32,000 nt of DNA from Pyrobaculum calidifontis JCM 11548 (GTDB lineage Archaea > Thermoproteota > Thermoprotei > Thermoproteales > Thermoproteaceae): the NCBI RefSeq assembly GCF_000015805.1, contig NC_009073.1, forward strand, positions 300,001 to 332,000, given 5' to 3'. Below, piece by piece: positions 1-8,778 of this stretch. Under the pieces are notes generated by a model. That model made no database searches. It was not told the DNA's origin and saw only the letters and a program-made list of their open reading frames with translations. The stretch's first letter is position 1, and each line of letters starts with the position of its first letter. The position numbers and the translations under genes are program-made.

Positions 1-610
1 TGAACCGAATTTCTTCACGTCCCGCGGCCACATAATGTTTCACCATTTGCGCCACGTTTTCCACTGGGCGGTAGCGGACTGAGCCGTGGAACCACGTTTG
101 ACAAAAGGTGCACCTGTAGGCGCAGGACCTCATTATCTCTATGGGCGGGTACGCCCCGAGGGACGTGCTATAGGTCTTGTGGATTAGCTCCGCGTAAATT
201 CGGCGGCCTGCCCTAACTCTCCCGTCGACGAGCATGAGGGTGTTGGGAGGCACCTCCTCCAAGCCCTCCGCCTCTCTTTCCACTATTGCGGGGAGGGCCA
301 CCTCTCCGTCGCCTATTACTACGTATTTTACGCCGAGTTTGAGGAGGGTGATTGGATCCCCCGCGGCGTGGGGGCCGCCAGCCACCACTGGGTATTTAGA
401 CGCCACTTCGCGCACCTCTTGCCAAATTTCGACGAATAGGGGCGTGGATAGGCTGTAGAGGACTAACACGCGCTCGCCGCGGCGCTGTAACTCATGGGCG
501 TCTCTGAGGGGGTCCGTGGTGGGGACTACCTTGTACTTGTCCTCTATGGGGGCCACTGCATATGCCATGCCGTTGTTCGGGCCGGGGAACACCCTGGCGA
601 GGAGTAACAC
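1..610 (-). CDS. B12-binding-domain-type radical SAM protein, N-terminal part (gene runs off the left window edge)
   Basis: Absent from the ORF track because it is truncated by the window edge. Manual minus-strand translation from GTG 610-608 gives VLLLARVFPGPNNGMAYAVAPIEDKYKVV...YPVVAGGPHAAGDP...IEIMRSCAYRCTFCQTWFHGSVRY. The CxxxCxxC motif (CAYRCTFC) follows a Rossmann-like N-domain. The start could instead be ATG 568-566. Confidence 0.8.
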   Translation of the reverse strand, partial: MLLLARVFPGPNNGMAYAVAPIEDKYKVVPTTDPLRDAHELQRRGERVLVLYSLSTPLFVEIWQEVREVASKYPVVAGGPHAAGDPITLLKLGVKYVVIGDGEVALPAIVEREAEGLEEVPPNTLMLVDGRVRAGRRIYAELIHKTYSTSLGAYPPIEIMRSCAYRCTFCQTWFHGSVRYRPVENVAQMVKHYVAAGREEIRF

Positions 611-637
611 ATTTTATCCCCGTCGGGTTTTTAAAAG
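611..637. promoter_or_regulatory. 28-bp divergent intergenic region with two crossing TATA-like boxes
   Basis: ATTTTATC (611-618) lies about 24 nt upstream of ATG 639 on the plus strand. CTTTTAAAAA (minus strand of 628-637) lies about 20 nt upstream of GTG 610 on the minus strand. Each box abuts the start codon of the opposite gene. Confidence 0.5.
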
Positions 638-638
638 C

Positions 639-1328
639 ATGAAGTTGGCATATGTCAAGGGGCCTCTTGTGGCAGTATTCGCCGGGTCTTGGCTTTGTGA
701 AAAATCCCCCGTGGACGGGGTGCCCATCCTCCTTGGAGAACCCATTGGGGAATGCGCGGGGGATGTGGCCAGGCTTATATCCATTGCCACAACTGTCAGA
801 GCCGTCAAACGGCTGGGTGCCAGGGTGTACGTGAGCGAGGCCCTTGGCGCAGATGGCGTTGACGCGGCTTTTGCGGGTGGGGCAGACGGAGTGGTGGAGG
901 AGCTTGGGGCCTCTAAAGACGCGGCCGGGGGGACGCAGGCCGTGGTCGTGGAGGCCGGCGACGTCGCCGAGCTTTTGAACAAGGCGAGGCGGCTGGGCGA
1001 GGAGGTCCGCAGGGGGTTCGAGGTCTTGGTTGCCGCACCATTTGACAAGGCTGTGGAGCTCGCTCCATTTGTTGACGGCGTGGTGTTGACTGGGGGGTGG
1101 GTGGAGGTTGGGCTGGAGGAGGTTGGACATGTGCCAGAGGTGGGGCGCTGTACGGCGTGTGGCGTGGACTACCTCATGTATGGGGAGACGATAAGGCGGT
1201 GCGTCTACTGTGGGAGGAGGCTTGTGAAAGTCATCACCTCAACGCGGCCGCCTAGGTCTAGACCGGTTTTTCGCGCCGTCGCGAAGAAATATTTAAAGTT
1301 GGCAATTCACAGATTTAAAGTCGTCTAG
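639..1328 (+). CDS. hypothetical Ala/Gly/Val-rich protein with C-terminal CxxC...CxxC zinc ribbon
   Basis: In-frame ATG inside track ORF 516-1328. The upstream part of that ORF overlaps the radical SAM gene and is unlikely to be coding. The C-terminus reads CTACGVDYLMYGETIRRCVYCGRR. The opposite-strand ORFs (492-1130, 614-1048) are P/H/S-rich shadow frames. Confidence 0.6.
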   Translation: MKLAYVKGPLVAVFAGSWLCEKSPVDGVPILLGEPIGECAGDVARLISIATTVRAVKRLGARVYVSEALGADGVDAAFAGGADGVVEELGASKDAAGGTQAVVVEAGDVAELLNKARRLGEEVRRGFEVLVAAPFDKAVELAPFVDGVVLTGGWVEVGLEEVGHVPEVGRCTACGVDYLMYGETIRRCVYCGRRLVKVITSTRPPRSRPVFRAVAKKYLKLAIHRFKVV

Positions 1329-1382
1329 ACGGCGGTATATTACATTATTTATCATTATAGATTTCTCCTTCTATAATTGCAG

Positions 1383-1398
1383 TATATAGTGCTATATA
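1383..1398. promoter_or_regulatory. perfect 16-bp palindrome TATATAG-tg-CTATATA in the AT-rich ppsA upstream region
   Basis: Read directly from the sequence. It sits about 45 nt upstream of the ppsA ATG, inside a ~105-bp AT-rich island (1329-1435) in an otherwise GC-rich window. Confidence 0.35.
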
Positions 1399-1408
1399 TG
1401 AGTCAAAC

Positions 1409-1416
1409 TTATATAA
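1409..1416 (+). promoter_or_regulatory. TATA box of ppsA (leaderless geometry)
   Basis: TTATATAA is centred about 24 nt upstream of ATG 1436. Confidence 0.55.
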
Positions 1417-1435
1417 CTGGCGTATACTCAGTTCA

Positions 1436-3865
1436 ATGCCGTTTATCAAGTGGATAACCGAGGTGGGAAAAAACGACGCCCTTTTGGTGGGCGGCAAGGG
1501 GGCTAACCTCGGCGAGGTGGCTAAGCTGGCGACAGTGCCCCCTGGCTTCATCGTCACGTCTGAGGCCTTTAGGTATTTTCAGCAGTCGGTAGGACTCGCC
1601 GAGAGGATAAGGGAGGTTCTCAACGCCTACATCAGGTCCGGTGAGCCTGAGGAGTATGAGAAGGCTAGCGCCGAAATTAGGAGGATGGTTGAGGAGGCCC
1701 CCCTCCCGCCTGAGCTAGAGAGGGCAATTGTAGAGGCGTATATGAGGCTCGGCGAGGAGGTGGGAATTAAAGACGTGGCGGTGGCCGTGAGGAGCTCAGC
1801 CACTGCTGAGGACATACCCGAGGCCTCTTTTGCGGGGCAACAGGACACCTACCTCAACGTGAGGGGGGCGGAGAAGGTGGTGTACTATGTGAAAAAGGTG
1901 TGGAGCTCTCTCTACACTGCCAGGGCCCTCTACTACCGCGACAAAATGGGTATACCTCACGAGAAGAGCCTAATGGCAGTGGTGGTACAGAAACTGGTCA
2001 ACGCACGCTCCGCGGGGGTCATTTTCACCCTTGATCCAACGAACGGCGACACGTCCAAGGTAGTGATTGAGGCCAGCTGGGGCCTCGGAGAGAGTGTGGC
2101 GAGGGGGCTCGTTACTCCCGACGAGTACGTGGTAGATAAGGCCACGTTTAAGATCGTAGAAAAGAGGATATCCCCCAAGAAGGTGGCTGTGGTGAGAGAT
2201 GAGGCTGGGCTGACCAAGGAGGTGGAGCTCCCGCCTGAGAAGGCAAATGCCCCTGCCCTCAGCGACGAGGAGGCGGTGGAGTTGGCCAAAATGGCTGTGA
2301 AGTTGGAGCAACACTACGGTCACGCCCTCGACATAGAATTCGCCGTAGACGCCGACTTGCCGTTCCCGAGGAATTTGTTCATTCTCCAGGCGAGGCCCGA
2401 GACTGTATGGTCTAGGAAGGCCGAGCGGCCTAAGGCCTCCGTGGTGCCGGCAGGGACCGTCGTAGTGAAGGGCATACCCGCCAGCCCTGGCGTGGCTGTG
2501 GGAACTGCCAAGGTTTGTCTCACCTTGGAAGACGCCAAGAAGAAGCTGAAGAAGGGGGACATCCTCGTGACTAAGATGACGGACCCAGACTGGGTTCCCT
2601 ACATGAAGCTTGCCGCCGCTATTGTGACCGACGAGGGTGGGAGGACGTCGCACGCCGCGATTGTCAGCAGAGAGTTGGGCATACCCGCCGTGGTTGGAAC
2701 TGGCAACGCGACGTCCGTGCTTAAGGATGGAGAGGTCTACACCGTGGATGGGAGCAGGGGCGTAGTTTTGGCAGGCGCGGTGGCGGCTAAGGCTGAGGAG
2801 GCGAAGGCGCCTGCGGCGGCTGTGGCGCCTCCCAGGGAGATAATACTGCACATATACCGCGCCGTGCCCACGGGGACTAAGGTGTATATGAACCTCGGCG
2901 AGCCTGAGAAGATTGACGAGTATAAGGACTTGCCGTTTGACGGCATTGGCCTCATGCGCATAGAGTTTGTGATCTCGAGCTGGGTGGGCCAGCACCCGCT
3001 CTACCTTCTCTCAATTGGGCAAGAGCAGAAGTTCGTGGACAAGATGGCTGAGGGCATAGCCAAGGTGGCCTCGGCCATATACCCGCGCCCCGTGGTGGTG
3101 AGGTTCAGCGACTTTAAGTCGAACGAGTACAGGGGCCTCGAGGGGGGCGAGAAGTTTGAGCCTGAGGAGAGGAACCCCATGTTGGGCTGGAGGGGTGTCT
3201 CTCGCTACGTGTCGCCGCAGTATGAGAAGGCGTTTAGGCTGGAGCTCAGGGCTATAAAGAAGGTGAGGGATGAGATGGGGCTTAACAACGTGTGGGTCAT
3301 GGCGCCGTTTGTGAGAACTGTGTGGGAGGCGGAGCGGTTTAGCCGCCTCTTGGAGGAGGAGGGCCTCTACAGAGATAGAGACTTCAAGGTGTGGGCCATG
3401 GCCGAGGTGCCCTCAATCGCCTTTATGGTGGAAGAGTTTGCCGAGTACTTCGACGGATTCTCGGTGGGATCCAACGACTTGACTCAGCTAGTGCTAGGCG
3501 TGGATAGGGATAACGACTTCTTGGTGAGGATTAACCCGAGGTACTTCGACGAGAGGGAGGCCCCCGTGCTTAAGGCCATATACGAGCTCATTAGGAGGGC
3601 CCACAGGGTGGGGAGGACTGTGTCCATCTGCGGGCAAGGCCCCTCGGTGTATCCGCAACTGGTGGAGTTCCTAGTGAGGGCTGGCATTGACAGTATCTCG
3701 GTGAACCCAGACGCGGTGCTTCAGACGAGAGTGCTTGTGGCCTCTGTGGAACTTAAAGTGCTCAGGGAGCGCCTAGACGCCATCTACAGTGCCTTGTACA
3801 AGAGGGACAGCGACGAGGAATTTGCAGAAATAGTGAAGAAGGTCTTCGGCGGCGTCAAATACTAG
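1436..3865 (+). CDS. ppsA: phosphoenolpyruvate synthase (pyruvate, water dikinase)
   Basis: 809 aa. N-terminal ATP-grasp signature KNDALLVGGKGANLGE. Phosphohistidine swivel motif TDEGGRTSHAAIVSRELGIPAVVG. C-terminal PEP-utilising TIM-barrel motifs FSVGSNDLTQL and ICGQ. Confidence 0.97.
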   Translation: MPFIKWITEVGKNDALLVGGKGANLGEVAKLATVPPGFIVTSEAFRYFQQSVGLAERIREVLNAYIRSGEPEEYEKASAEIRRMVEEAPLPPELERAIVEAYMRLGEEVGIKDVAVAVRSSATAEDIPEASFAGQQDTYLNVRGAEKVVYYVKKVWSSLYTARALYYRDKMGIPHEKSLMAVVVQKLVNARSAGVIFTLDPTNGDTSKVVIEASWGLGESVARGLVTPDEYVVDKATFKIVEKRISPKKVAVVRDEAGLTKEVELPPEKANAPALSDEEAVELAKMAVKLEQHYGHALDIEFAVDADLPFPRNLFILQARPETVWSRKAERPKASVVPAGTVVVKGIPASPGVAVGTAKVCLTLEDAKKKLKKGDILVTKMTDPDWVPYMKLAAAIVTDEGGRTSHAAIVSRELGIPAVVGTGNATSVLKDGEVYTVDGSRGVVLAGAVAAKAEEAKAPAAAVAPPREIILHIYRAVPTGTKVYMNLGEPEKIDEYKDLPFDGIGLMRIEFVISSWVGQHPLYLLSIGQEQKFVDKMAEGIAKVASAIYPRPVVVRFSDFKSNEYRGLEGGEKFEPEERNPMLGWRGVSRYVSPQYEKAFRLELRAIKKVRDEMGLNNVWVMAPFVRTVWEAERFSRLLEEEGLYRDRDFKVWAMAEVPSIAFMVEEFAEYFDGFSVGSNDLTQLVLGVDRDNDFLVRINPRYFDEREAPVLKAIYELIRRAHRVGRTVSICGQGPSVYPQLVEFLVRAGIDSISVNPDAVLQTRVLVASVELKVLRERLDAIYSALYKRDSDEEFAEIVKKVFGGVKY

Positions 3866-3881
3866 GTCCGCTTGTCTCTCA

Positions 3882-3899
3882 AACCGGCCAGCGCCGGTT
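3882..3899 (+). terminator. hairpin AACCGGC-cagc-GCCGGTT after ppsA, followed by a T-rich tract
   Basis: A 7-bp perfect stem 17 nt after the ppsA stop codon. The downstream sequence cgctttttcc contains a T5 run, the usual archaeal termination signal. Confidence 0.4.
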
Positions 3900-3930
3900 A
3901 AGGCTTAAATTTGTTCTCGCTTTTTCCTAC

Positions 3931-4644
3931 ATGGACTTGGGCTTTATATTGATAGGCATAGCAGTTGGGGTAGTTGTCTTTCTTCTCCTCGACTACTTTG
4001 TGAAGAGGATTTTTTCAAGGGTGTTGGACAGTGAACAGCTTCTGCTTCTGAGGTTGTTGGCTGCGTTGTTCTCTCTTTCGCTTATCTTTGCAATTGTGTC
4101 TCCTGTTGCCCAGATACACCACTTGTTCTACCTCTTGTTAGTAATATTGGTGTTTTCTTTAGGGTCGTTTATACTGGGCACTAGGCGAATATTGGAGCAG
4201 TACCTCACGGGCCTCTTCGTGGCTAGGCTCCTCGACTTGCACGTGGGGGATTACATAGAGCTGGGCGACTTGCGTGGCTATATCACGGCGCTCGAAGATG
4301 CGTACCTCGTGGTGCGGGACCCCCGGAGAGAGTACGTCTATATCCCCTATACCGTTCTACTGCAGAACCCCTTTAGGCGTATCAAGTCGCCGGAGGGTCA
4401 CGAGGTGAGGATAAGGCTGTTTGTGCCCTCGGGGCAGGATGTGAAAAGGATAAGGTCTTTAATTGAGGAGGTGGCCAGGGAGTTCGGCGTCGAGAGGCTG
4501 AGCGTTGATGTGGAGAAGATTGGGGCTAGGGGCGTGACTCTGGTGGTGCGTGGGGTGTTGAGAGATCCGCGGCAGGAGGATGAGCTTAAGTACGCCGTGT
4601 TAGACAAGGTCTATGCCTCTATGATGGGCGGCGCTACTCTGTGA
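3931..4644 (+). CDS. small-conductance mechanosensitive channel (MscS)-like membrane protein
   Basis: Three N-terminal hydrophobic helices are followed by a beta-domain-like segment GDYIELGDLRGYITALEDAYLVVRDPRREYVYIPYTVLLQNPFRR, typical of MscS-family cores. TTAAATTT box about 25 nt upstream. Confidence 0.65.
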   Translation: MDLGFILIGIAVGVVVFLLLDYFVKRIFSRVLDSEQLLLLRLLAALFSLSLIFAIVSPVAQIHHLFYLLLVILVFSLGSFILGTRRILEQYLTGLFVARLLDLHVGDYIELGDLRGYITALEDAYLVVRDPRREYVYIPYTVLLQNPFRRIKSPEGHEVRIRLFVPSGQDVKRIRSLIEEVAREFGVERLSVDVEKIGARGVTLVVRGVLRDPRQEDELKYAVLDKVYASMMGGATL

Positions 4645-5263
4645 GGCGCTGTAAGTCGCCTTGTGGGCCAATTGCAACCAAGTAGTCTCCCTCTTGTATC
4701 TCCTCCTCTGGCGAAGTGACGAAGTCGTCTCCCCTTACTATTGACACCTTGGCGCCTGTCTCTTCTTCCACTTCTCCTATTTTTCGGCCAAGGAGTTTCG
4801 AGTCGGCGGTGACAACCATTTCAAGCATGGCGACCTCGCCCCGTATTGGGACAATTCTCGCAAATCTTAGATTTAGTATTCTGAGCATTCTTGACAAGAC
4901 GCAGTGGTATACAACCACCGCCTCTATTCCCAACTCCTCCGCCTGCTTAGCCGCTTGGCTACTTCTAGTTGTGATAACTACAATTGGTACTCCTTGTGAC
5001 TTGGCGAATCGGGCAAAGTATAGGTTTAACATGTCGTTTGGAGATGGGAAAACTGCAACTTCTATTTTTGAAAAATCTATATCTTTTACAACTTTTTCAT
5101 AGTTCTCAGATAGTGTATGTATATATACTGGAAATTTTTCAAAAATCTTTGTACGTTCACGAGGGACTAAAACTCTTACCACATATCCGTTTTCGGCTAA
5201 GACTCGGACTAGCTGGAGGGCCAAGTCGTCGTTGCTGTCTAGCACAAGCGCCTCTCTCGCCAC
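4634..5263 (-). CDS. TrkA/RCK-domain protein (degenerate TrkA-N plus TrkA-C)
   Basis: The C-terminal segment MLEMVVTADSKLLGRKIGEVEEETGAKVSIVRGDDFVTSPEEEIQEGDYLVAIGPQGDLQRL matches the RCK_C pattern. GTG start. Convergent 11-nt overlap with the MscS-like gene. Confidence 0.75.
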   Translation of the reverse strand: MAREALVLDSNDDLALQLVRVLAENGYVVRVLVPRERTKIFEKFPVYIHTLSENYEKVVKDIDFSKIEVAVFPSPNDMLNLYFARFAKSQGVPIVVITTRSSQAAKQAEELGIEAVVVYHCVLSRMLRILNLRFARIVPIRGEVAMLEMVVTADSKLLGRKIGEVEEETGAKVSIVRGDDFVTSPEEEIQEGDYLVAIGPQGDLQRLTE

Positions 5264-5421
5264 GCCACAGGTATATTTACAGACTTAATAAGTTATAGCC
5301 CATTGTAATATGTATTAAGTCATTTAATATACTTTAGTTTATAATGTATTTATTTGTTATGTTTTTTATATTATTAATAGAGAGGACTAAAGATTTATAT
5401 ATGTTAGTGGAACTTGTCTTA

Positions 5422-6576
5422 ATGCGGCGGGGCTCTATCGTGGTGAGGGGGTATAAGCATCTTGACCCCTACGGCGCCATTCAGCCCCCCATATATCTCG
5501 CCGCGCTTTTTCGAATGGAGGGGGAGGCACAGCGCTCTGACCGGGGGCTTGATTTAAAGTACAGCAGGGAGGATAACCCAACTCTCAGGCCCTTTGAAGA
5601 AGTAGTGGCAAAGCTTGAGAGCGGCGTAGACGCCTTGGCCTTTAACAGCGGGATGGCCGCCATCTCCGCCGTGTTCATGGCCCGCCTGGCCGGCGGAGAT
5701 GTGGTATATGTGCCAATGGAGGCGTATGGGGCAACTCTAAGGCTTTTAGACTCCCTAGGCAAATTTGGGGTTAAGGTGGTGAGGGGCTTTCCTGACACTG
5801 AGCCGTTTATTGAGGGGATAAAGGCCGCCAGGCCTAGGCTAGTGTTTTTTGAGACTATTTCAAATCCAACTCTCAGGGTATTAGACTTGCCAGAAGTGGT
5901 CAAGGCCGCCAAAGACTTGGGCGCCGAGGTAGTGGTGGACAACACTTTTGCAACCCCTCTACTCATCACTCCGCTTGAACACGGCGCCGACTTAGTTGTC
6001 CACTCTGTCACAAAGTATTTGGCTGGCCATAACGACGTAGTTGGCGGCGTAGTTGTGGCCAAGTCCAGGGAGCAGGTGGAGGAGCTTTGGCTTTGGAGGG
6101 CCATGCTGGGCGGCATTATGCAGCCGTGGGAGGCCTACCTCGCCTTTAGGGGCGTGAAGACTCTAGTAGTCAGATTTGAGCGACAGTGCCGCTCCGCCAT
6201 GGCAATTGCAGAGTACTTGGCAGACCATAGCAAGGTGTCTGAGGTGCTTTACCCAGGCCTGCCCACGAGCCCCTACTACCACGTGGCTAGGAGGCTCTTC
6301 GGCGACAAGTTCGGCGCAGTGGTGTCCTTCCGCGTGAAGGGGGGGAGAGACGCCGTGTTGAAGTTCTTTAAGTCGCTCAGGCTCATAACTCCAGGCCCCA
6401 GCCTGGGGGGCGTGGAGAGCATAGCCACATATCCAATAGCAAGCGCCGCCTCGCCGATACCTGACGAGGACAAGAGGAGGCTGGGCATCACAGAGGACTT
6501 GGTGAGGCTCTCCGTGGGTCTGGAGGACCCAGAGGACTTGATAGAGGACTTAGACCAGGCGCTTAGATCCACGTGA
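5422..6576 (+). CDS. Cys/Met-metabolism PLP-dependent enzyme (cystathionine gamma-synthase/lyase family)
   Basis: PLP-lysine motif HSVTKYLAGHNDVVGG, plus IQPPIY and DNTFATP motifs. The track ORF starts at 5344, but TTTATATA at 5392-5399 sits about 26 nt upstream of ATG 5422, so that start was chosen. ATG 5401 is also possible. Confidence 0.9.
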   Translation: MRRGSIVVRGYKHLDPYGAIQPPIYLAALFRMEGEAQRSDRGLDLKYSREDNPTLRPFEEVVAKLESGVDALAFNSGMAAISAVFMARLAGGDVVYVPMEAYGATLRLLDSLGKFGVKVVRGFPDTEPFIEGIKAARPRLVFFETISNPTLRVLDLPEVVKAAKDLGAEVVVDNTFATPLLITPLEHGADLVVHSVTKYLAGHNDVVGGVVVAKSREQVEELWLWRAMLGGIMQPWEAYLAFRGVKTLVVRFERQCRSAMAIAEYLADHSKVSEVLYPGLPTSPYYHVARRLFGDKFGAVVSFRVKGGRDAVLKFFKSLRLITPGPSLGGVESIATYPIASAASPIPDEDKRRLGITEDLVRLSVGLEDPEDLIEDLDQALRST

Positions 6577-7706
6577 ACATCTGCGTCAAGTGCAGGGGGA
6601 GGAAGCTCCTCTGCGGCTTGCCGAAGTGTCCAATTGAGCCGAGGGCAAGGGCTTTCCACCTGGCGCTGAGGCGCATTTCTGGGCGCGAGGTCTTTGGCTC
6701 TACGCCGCCCTCTGTCATCGTTGGCGAGTTTGGGTGGCCCAGCGTGCGCGTCTACCTTGGGGAGCCTCCCGAGGTCTTTGGAGAAGAGGCAAGGCGCTAC
6801 GACGACCCCCGCCTCTTGTGGGGGCTCTCGCTTGAGGAGATCTCTGCACTACGGAGCTACATGGCCTTTGGGGTTAAGACTGCGAGGACGCCTTGGGAGT
6901 TGGGCGAGCTGGCGTTTGTCTATGTCTCTTCGAGGCCTGTGGACGTGGAGATGAGGCTGGAGAAGCCGCCTGTGCCGTCGCTTAAGTTTGACCTTAGGGA
7001 GAAGCCGCTGGGCCCCAGAGCCCCGCTGGAGAGCGCGAGGGTTGTGGAAAATCCGTCGCCGCCGCGCCCGCTCGAGTCGTTGATAAACGACGACGTGTCT
7101 GCCCACGAGGCGGTGGTCGAGCTCTACTCACGCGGCGTTGACTTGTACATAATTCAGAGGGCCTTTTCCCTCGGCCTACTGGGGGCTAGGCACAGGAGAC
7201 GCCTAGTCCCATCTCGCTGGGGGATAACTGCGGTGGACGTGGCTGTGGGCAACTGGCTCGCCGAAGCCGTGAGACACTTCGGCGAGGTGCCGAGCCCTCT
7301 GTACGGCTACGGCGAATATTTGGACAATAGGTACCTCGTGGTAGTTGTGCCGGGCCCCCTCCGCTTTGTATACCTCGAGAGGTGGCAACAAGGCGACAGA
7401 GCGGCGGAGGTGTTAGTGAAAGAGGACCCGAGGGGCGTGAGGTCTACAATGGACGGCGGCTTTGAGGCGGCGAGAGTGGCGGTTTTGGAGAAGCTATACG
7501 CCATGAGGAGGAGGGGGTCCGTGGGCATTGTGAGGTGGATCGGCGAGGGGTACTACGTCTCTGTGGGAAACTGGCAGATTAGGGAGACTGTGCGGAGAAT
7601 TCAGCTGAGGCCGCTAGACGAAGAGTATAAGGCATACGTGGAGAGGGTCGGCGCAGACCCTCTGAAGCTACTCGGCACATCCAAGCCGCTTACAGACTTC
7701 ATTTAA
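6573..7706 (+). CDS. nreA: archaeal Nre-family DNA repair protein (NreA-like)
   Basis: N-terminal Cys cluster CVKCRGRKLLCGLPKCP typical of the Nre N-domain. Length of about 377 aa. The extreme C-terminus SKPLTDFI resembles a PCNA-interacting (PIP-like) tail. GTGA overlap with the upstream gene. Confidence 0.7.
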   Translation: MNICVKCRGRKLLCGLPKCPIEPRARAFHLALRRISGREVFGSTPPSVIVGEFGWPSVRVYLGEPPEVFGEEARRYDDPRLLWGLSLEEISALRSYMAFGVKTARTPWELGELAFVYVSSRPVDVEMRLEKPPVPSLKFDLREKPLGPRAPLESARVVENPSPPRPLESLINDDVSAHEAVVELYSRGVDLYIIQRAFSLGLLGARHRRRLVPSRWGITAVDVAVGNWLAEAVRHFGEVPSPLYGYGEYLDNRYLVVVVPGPLRFVYLERWQQGDRAAEVLVKEDPRGVRSTMDGGFEAARVAVLEKLYAMRRRGSVGIVRWIGEGYYVSVGNWQIRETVRRIQLRPLDEEYKAYVERVGADPLKLLGTSKPLTDFI

Positions 7707-8001
7707 TGTACAGCAGGCCCTCTGCCGTAGTGCCTATTGTGAGCAAGCCCTCAGTCTTTTCCACTGTCATTATTCTCCGCTTCTCCACGGCTACGCCGCA
7801 CGAAAAGTAGAGGCGGTCGTCGAGGTCCCACACCTTGACTTTTCCGTATGCGATAACTTCGCTTCCGGGGTTTTCCAGCGCTATTTTGACTGCGGTACAA
7901 ACAGACGGCGTCGAAAAATTATCAAACACGGTGAACAGTACAGCGAGGGTAGCCACGGCTAAGAGGAGTGTGGCAATTAAGCCCAGATATACATCAATCA
8001 T
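7699..8001 (-). CDS. cluster gene Q: small protein with a single N-terminal hydrophobic helix (pilin-like topology)
   Basis: MIDVYLGLIATLLLAVATLAVLF is followed by a beta-rich domain. ATGA overlap with gene P. Last gene of the cluster. Confidence 0.5.
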   Translation of the reverse strand: MIDVYLGLIATLLLAVATLAVLFTVFDNFSTPSVCTAVKIALENPGSEVIAYGKVKVWDLDDRLYFSCGVAVEKRRIMTVEKTEGLLTIGTTAEGLLYIK

Positions 8002-8264
8002 GGCTTTAGTCTACAGCTCATGCCTAACACACTGAAGGCGATGCCGGGGGGCGCCGCTATTGTGCCGCTTGTGGCACATGTCACAAGGCTAGTAACTCTG
8101 TACACGGCGGTAGGATCTCCCCGCTCGGCGTAGGCGTAGGCCTCGGGCCAGTAGAGGAAAATGGCTGAGAGGTCCGTCTTGTAGAACTTCACGGGTTTTA
8201 TCCACGACAGAGTGGCAACCGCTAGGGCAAATACGACTAGAATGAAGATCGTGTCGGCTCTCAT
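7998..8264 (-). CDS. cluster gene P: small N-terminally anchored protein
   Basis: MRADTIFILVVFALAVATLSW. TGATATG junction with gene O. Confidence 0.5.
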   Translation of the reverse strand: MRADTIFILVVFALAVATLSWIKPVKFYKTDLSAIFLYWPEAYAYAERGDPTAVYRVTSLVTCATSGTIAAPPGIAFSVLGMSCRLKP

Positions 8265-8265
8265 A

Positions 8266-8778
8266 TCAACACTTTACTAAGACGAGTTTGACAACCATGG
8301 GGATAGTGGCTAATAAGAGCTGTTGTACATATACCTCCGTGGTAAAGCGAGTGCCTTCGCGGCATATAGCGGCGAAGTGCCGCACTTCTACAACCTCTTT
8401 TACTTCAACTGTGGGAAGTACGTAAGAGCAGTAAGTGACGTGGACTGTGGCGTTGTTATGCGTGTAGGTCTTATTCAACAGCGCTGTGGGATATTCACAT
8501 TGGCCTACGGCGAGTATATATACTGGGAGATGCGGCGATTCGGAGATGTTTCTCCTCAGAACCCACTTGCCGTCTTCAAAGATGTAATATGCCTTAAACG
8601 TCTGGAGGGTGAGCGGCCGCGGCGACGACGCGACCTTTTCTGCCGCAATAGACTCTGCCACTGTCCTAGTGTAGGGGTCTGCGTACTGCATCGCCAGCAA
8701 CACCGCGGCGACCACGGCCGCGGTGGCGGCGGTAGACGCCGCAACTAGTATGAGGTACCTCAGCGTGAGCACGGCCAC
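8266..8778 (-). CDS. cluster gene O: N-terminally anchored protein, 170 aa
   Basis: GTG start. The N-terminal hydrophobic stretch is LILVAASTAATAAVVAAVLLAM. It overlaps the end of gene N by 19 nt. The start is uncertain. Confidence 0.5.
   Translation of the reverse strand: MAVLTLRYLILVAASTAATAAVVAAVLLAMQYADPYTRTVAESIAAEKVASSPRPLTLQTFKAYYIFEDGKWVLRRNISESPHLPVYILAVGQCEYPTALLNKTYTHNNATVHVTYCSYVLPTVEVKEVVEVRHFAAICREGTRFTTEVYVQQLLLATIPMVVKLVLVKC

Noticed and set aside
492-1130. 212-aa and 144-aa minus-strand ORFs overlapping the 639-1328 gene
   Set aside because: They have P/H/G- or S/T/A-rich shadow composition. The plus frame has a globular-looking sequence, a zinc ribbon and a correctly spaced TATA box.
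1970-2995. 341-aa minus-strand ORF, plus several 60-110-aa ORFs on both strands, inside ppsA
   Set aside because: They lie fully inside the very well supported PEP synthase gene. Their R/H/P/G/S-rich low-complexity composition is typical of antisense or shadow frames in GC-rich DNA.
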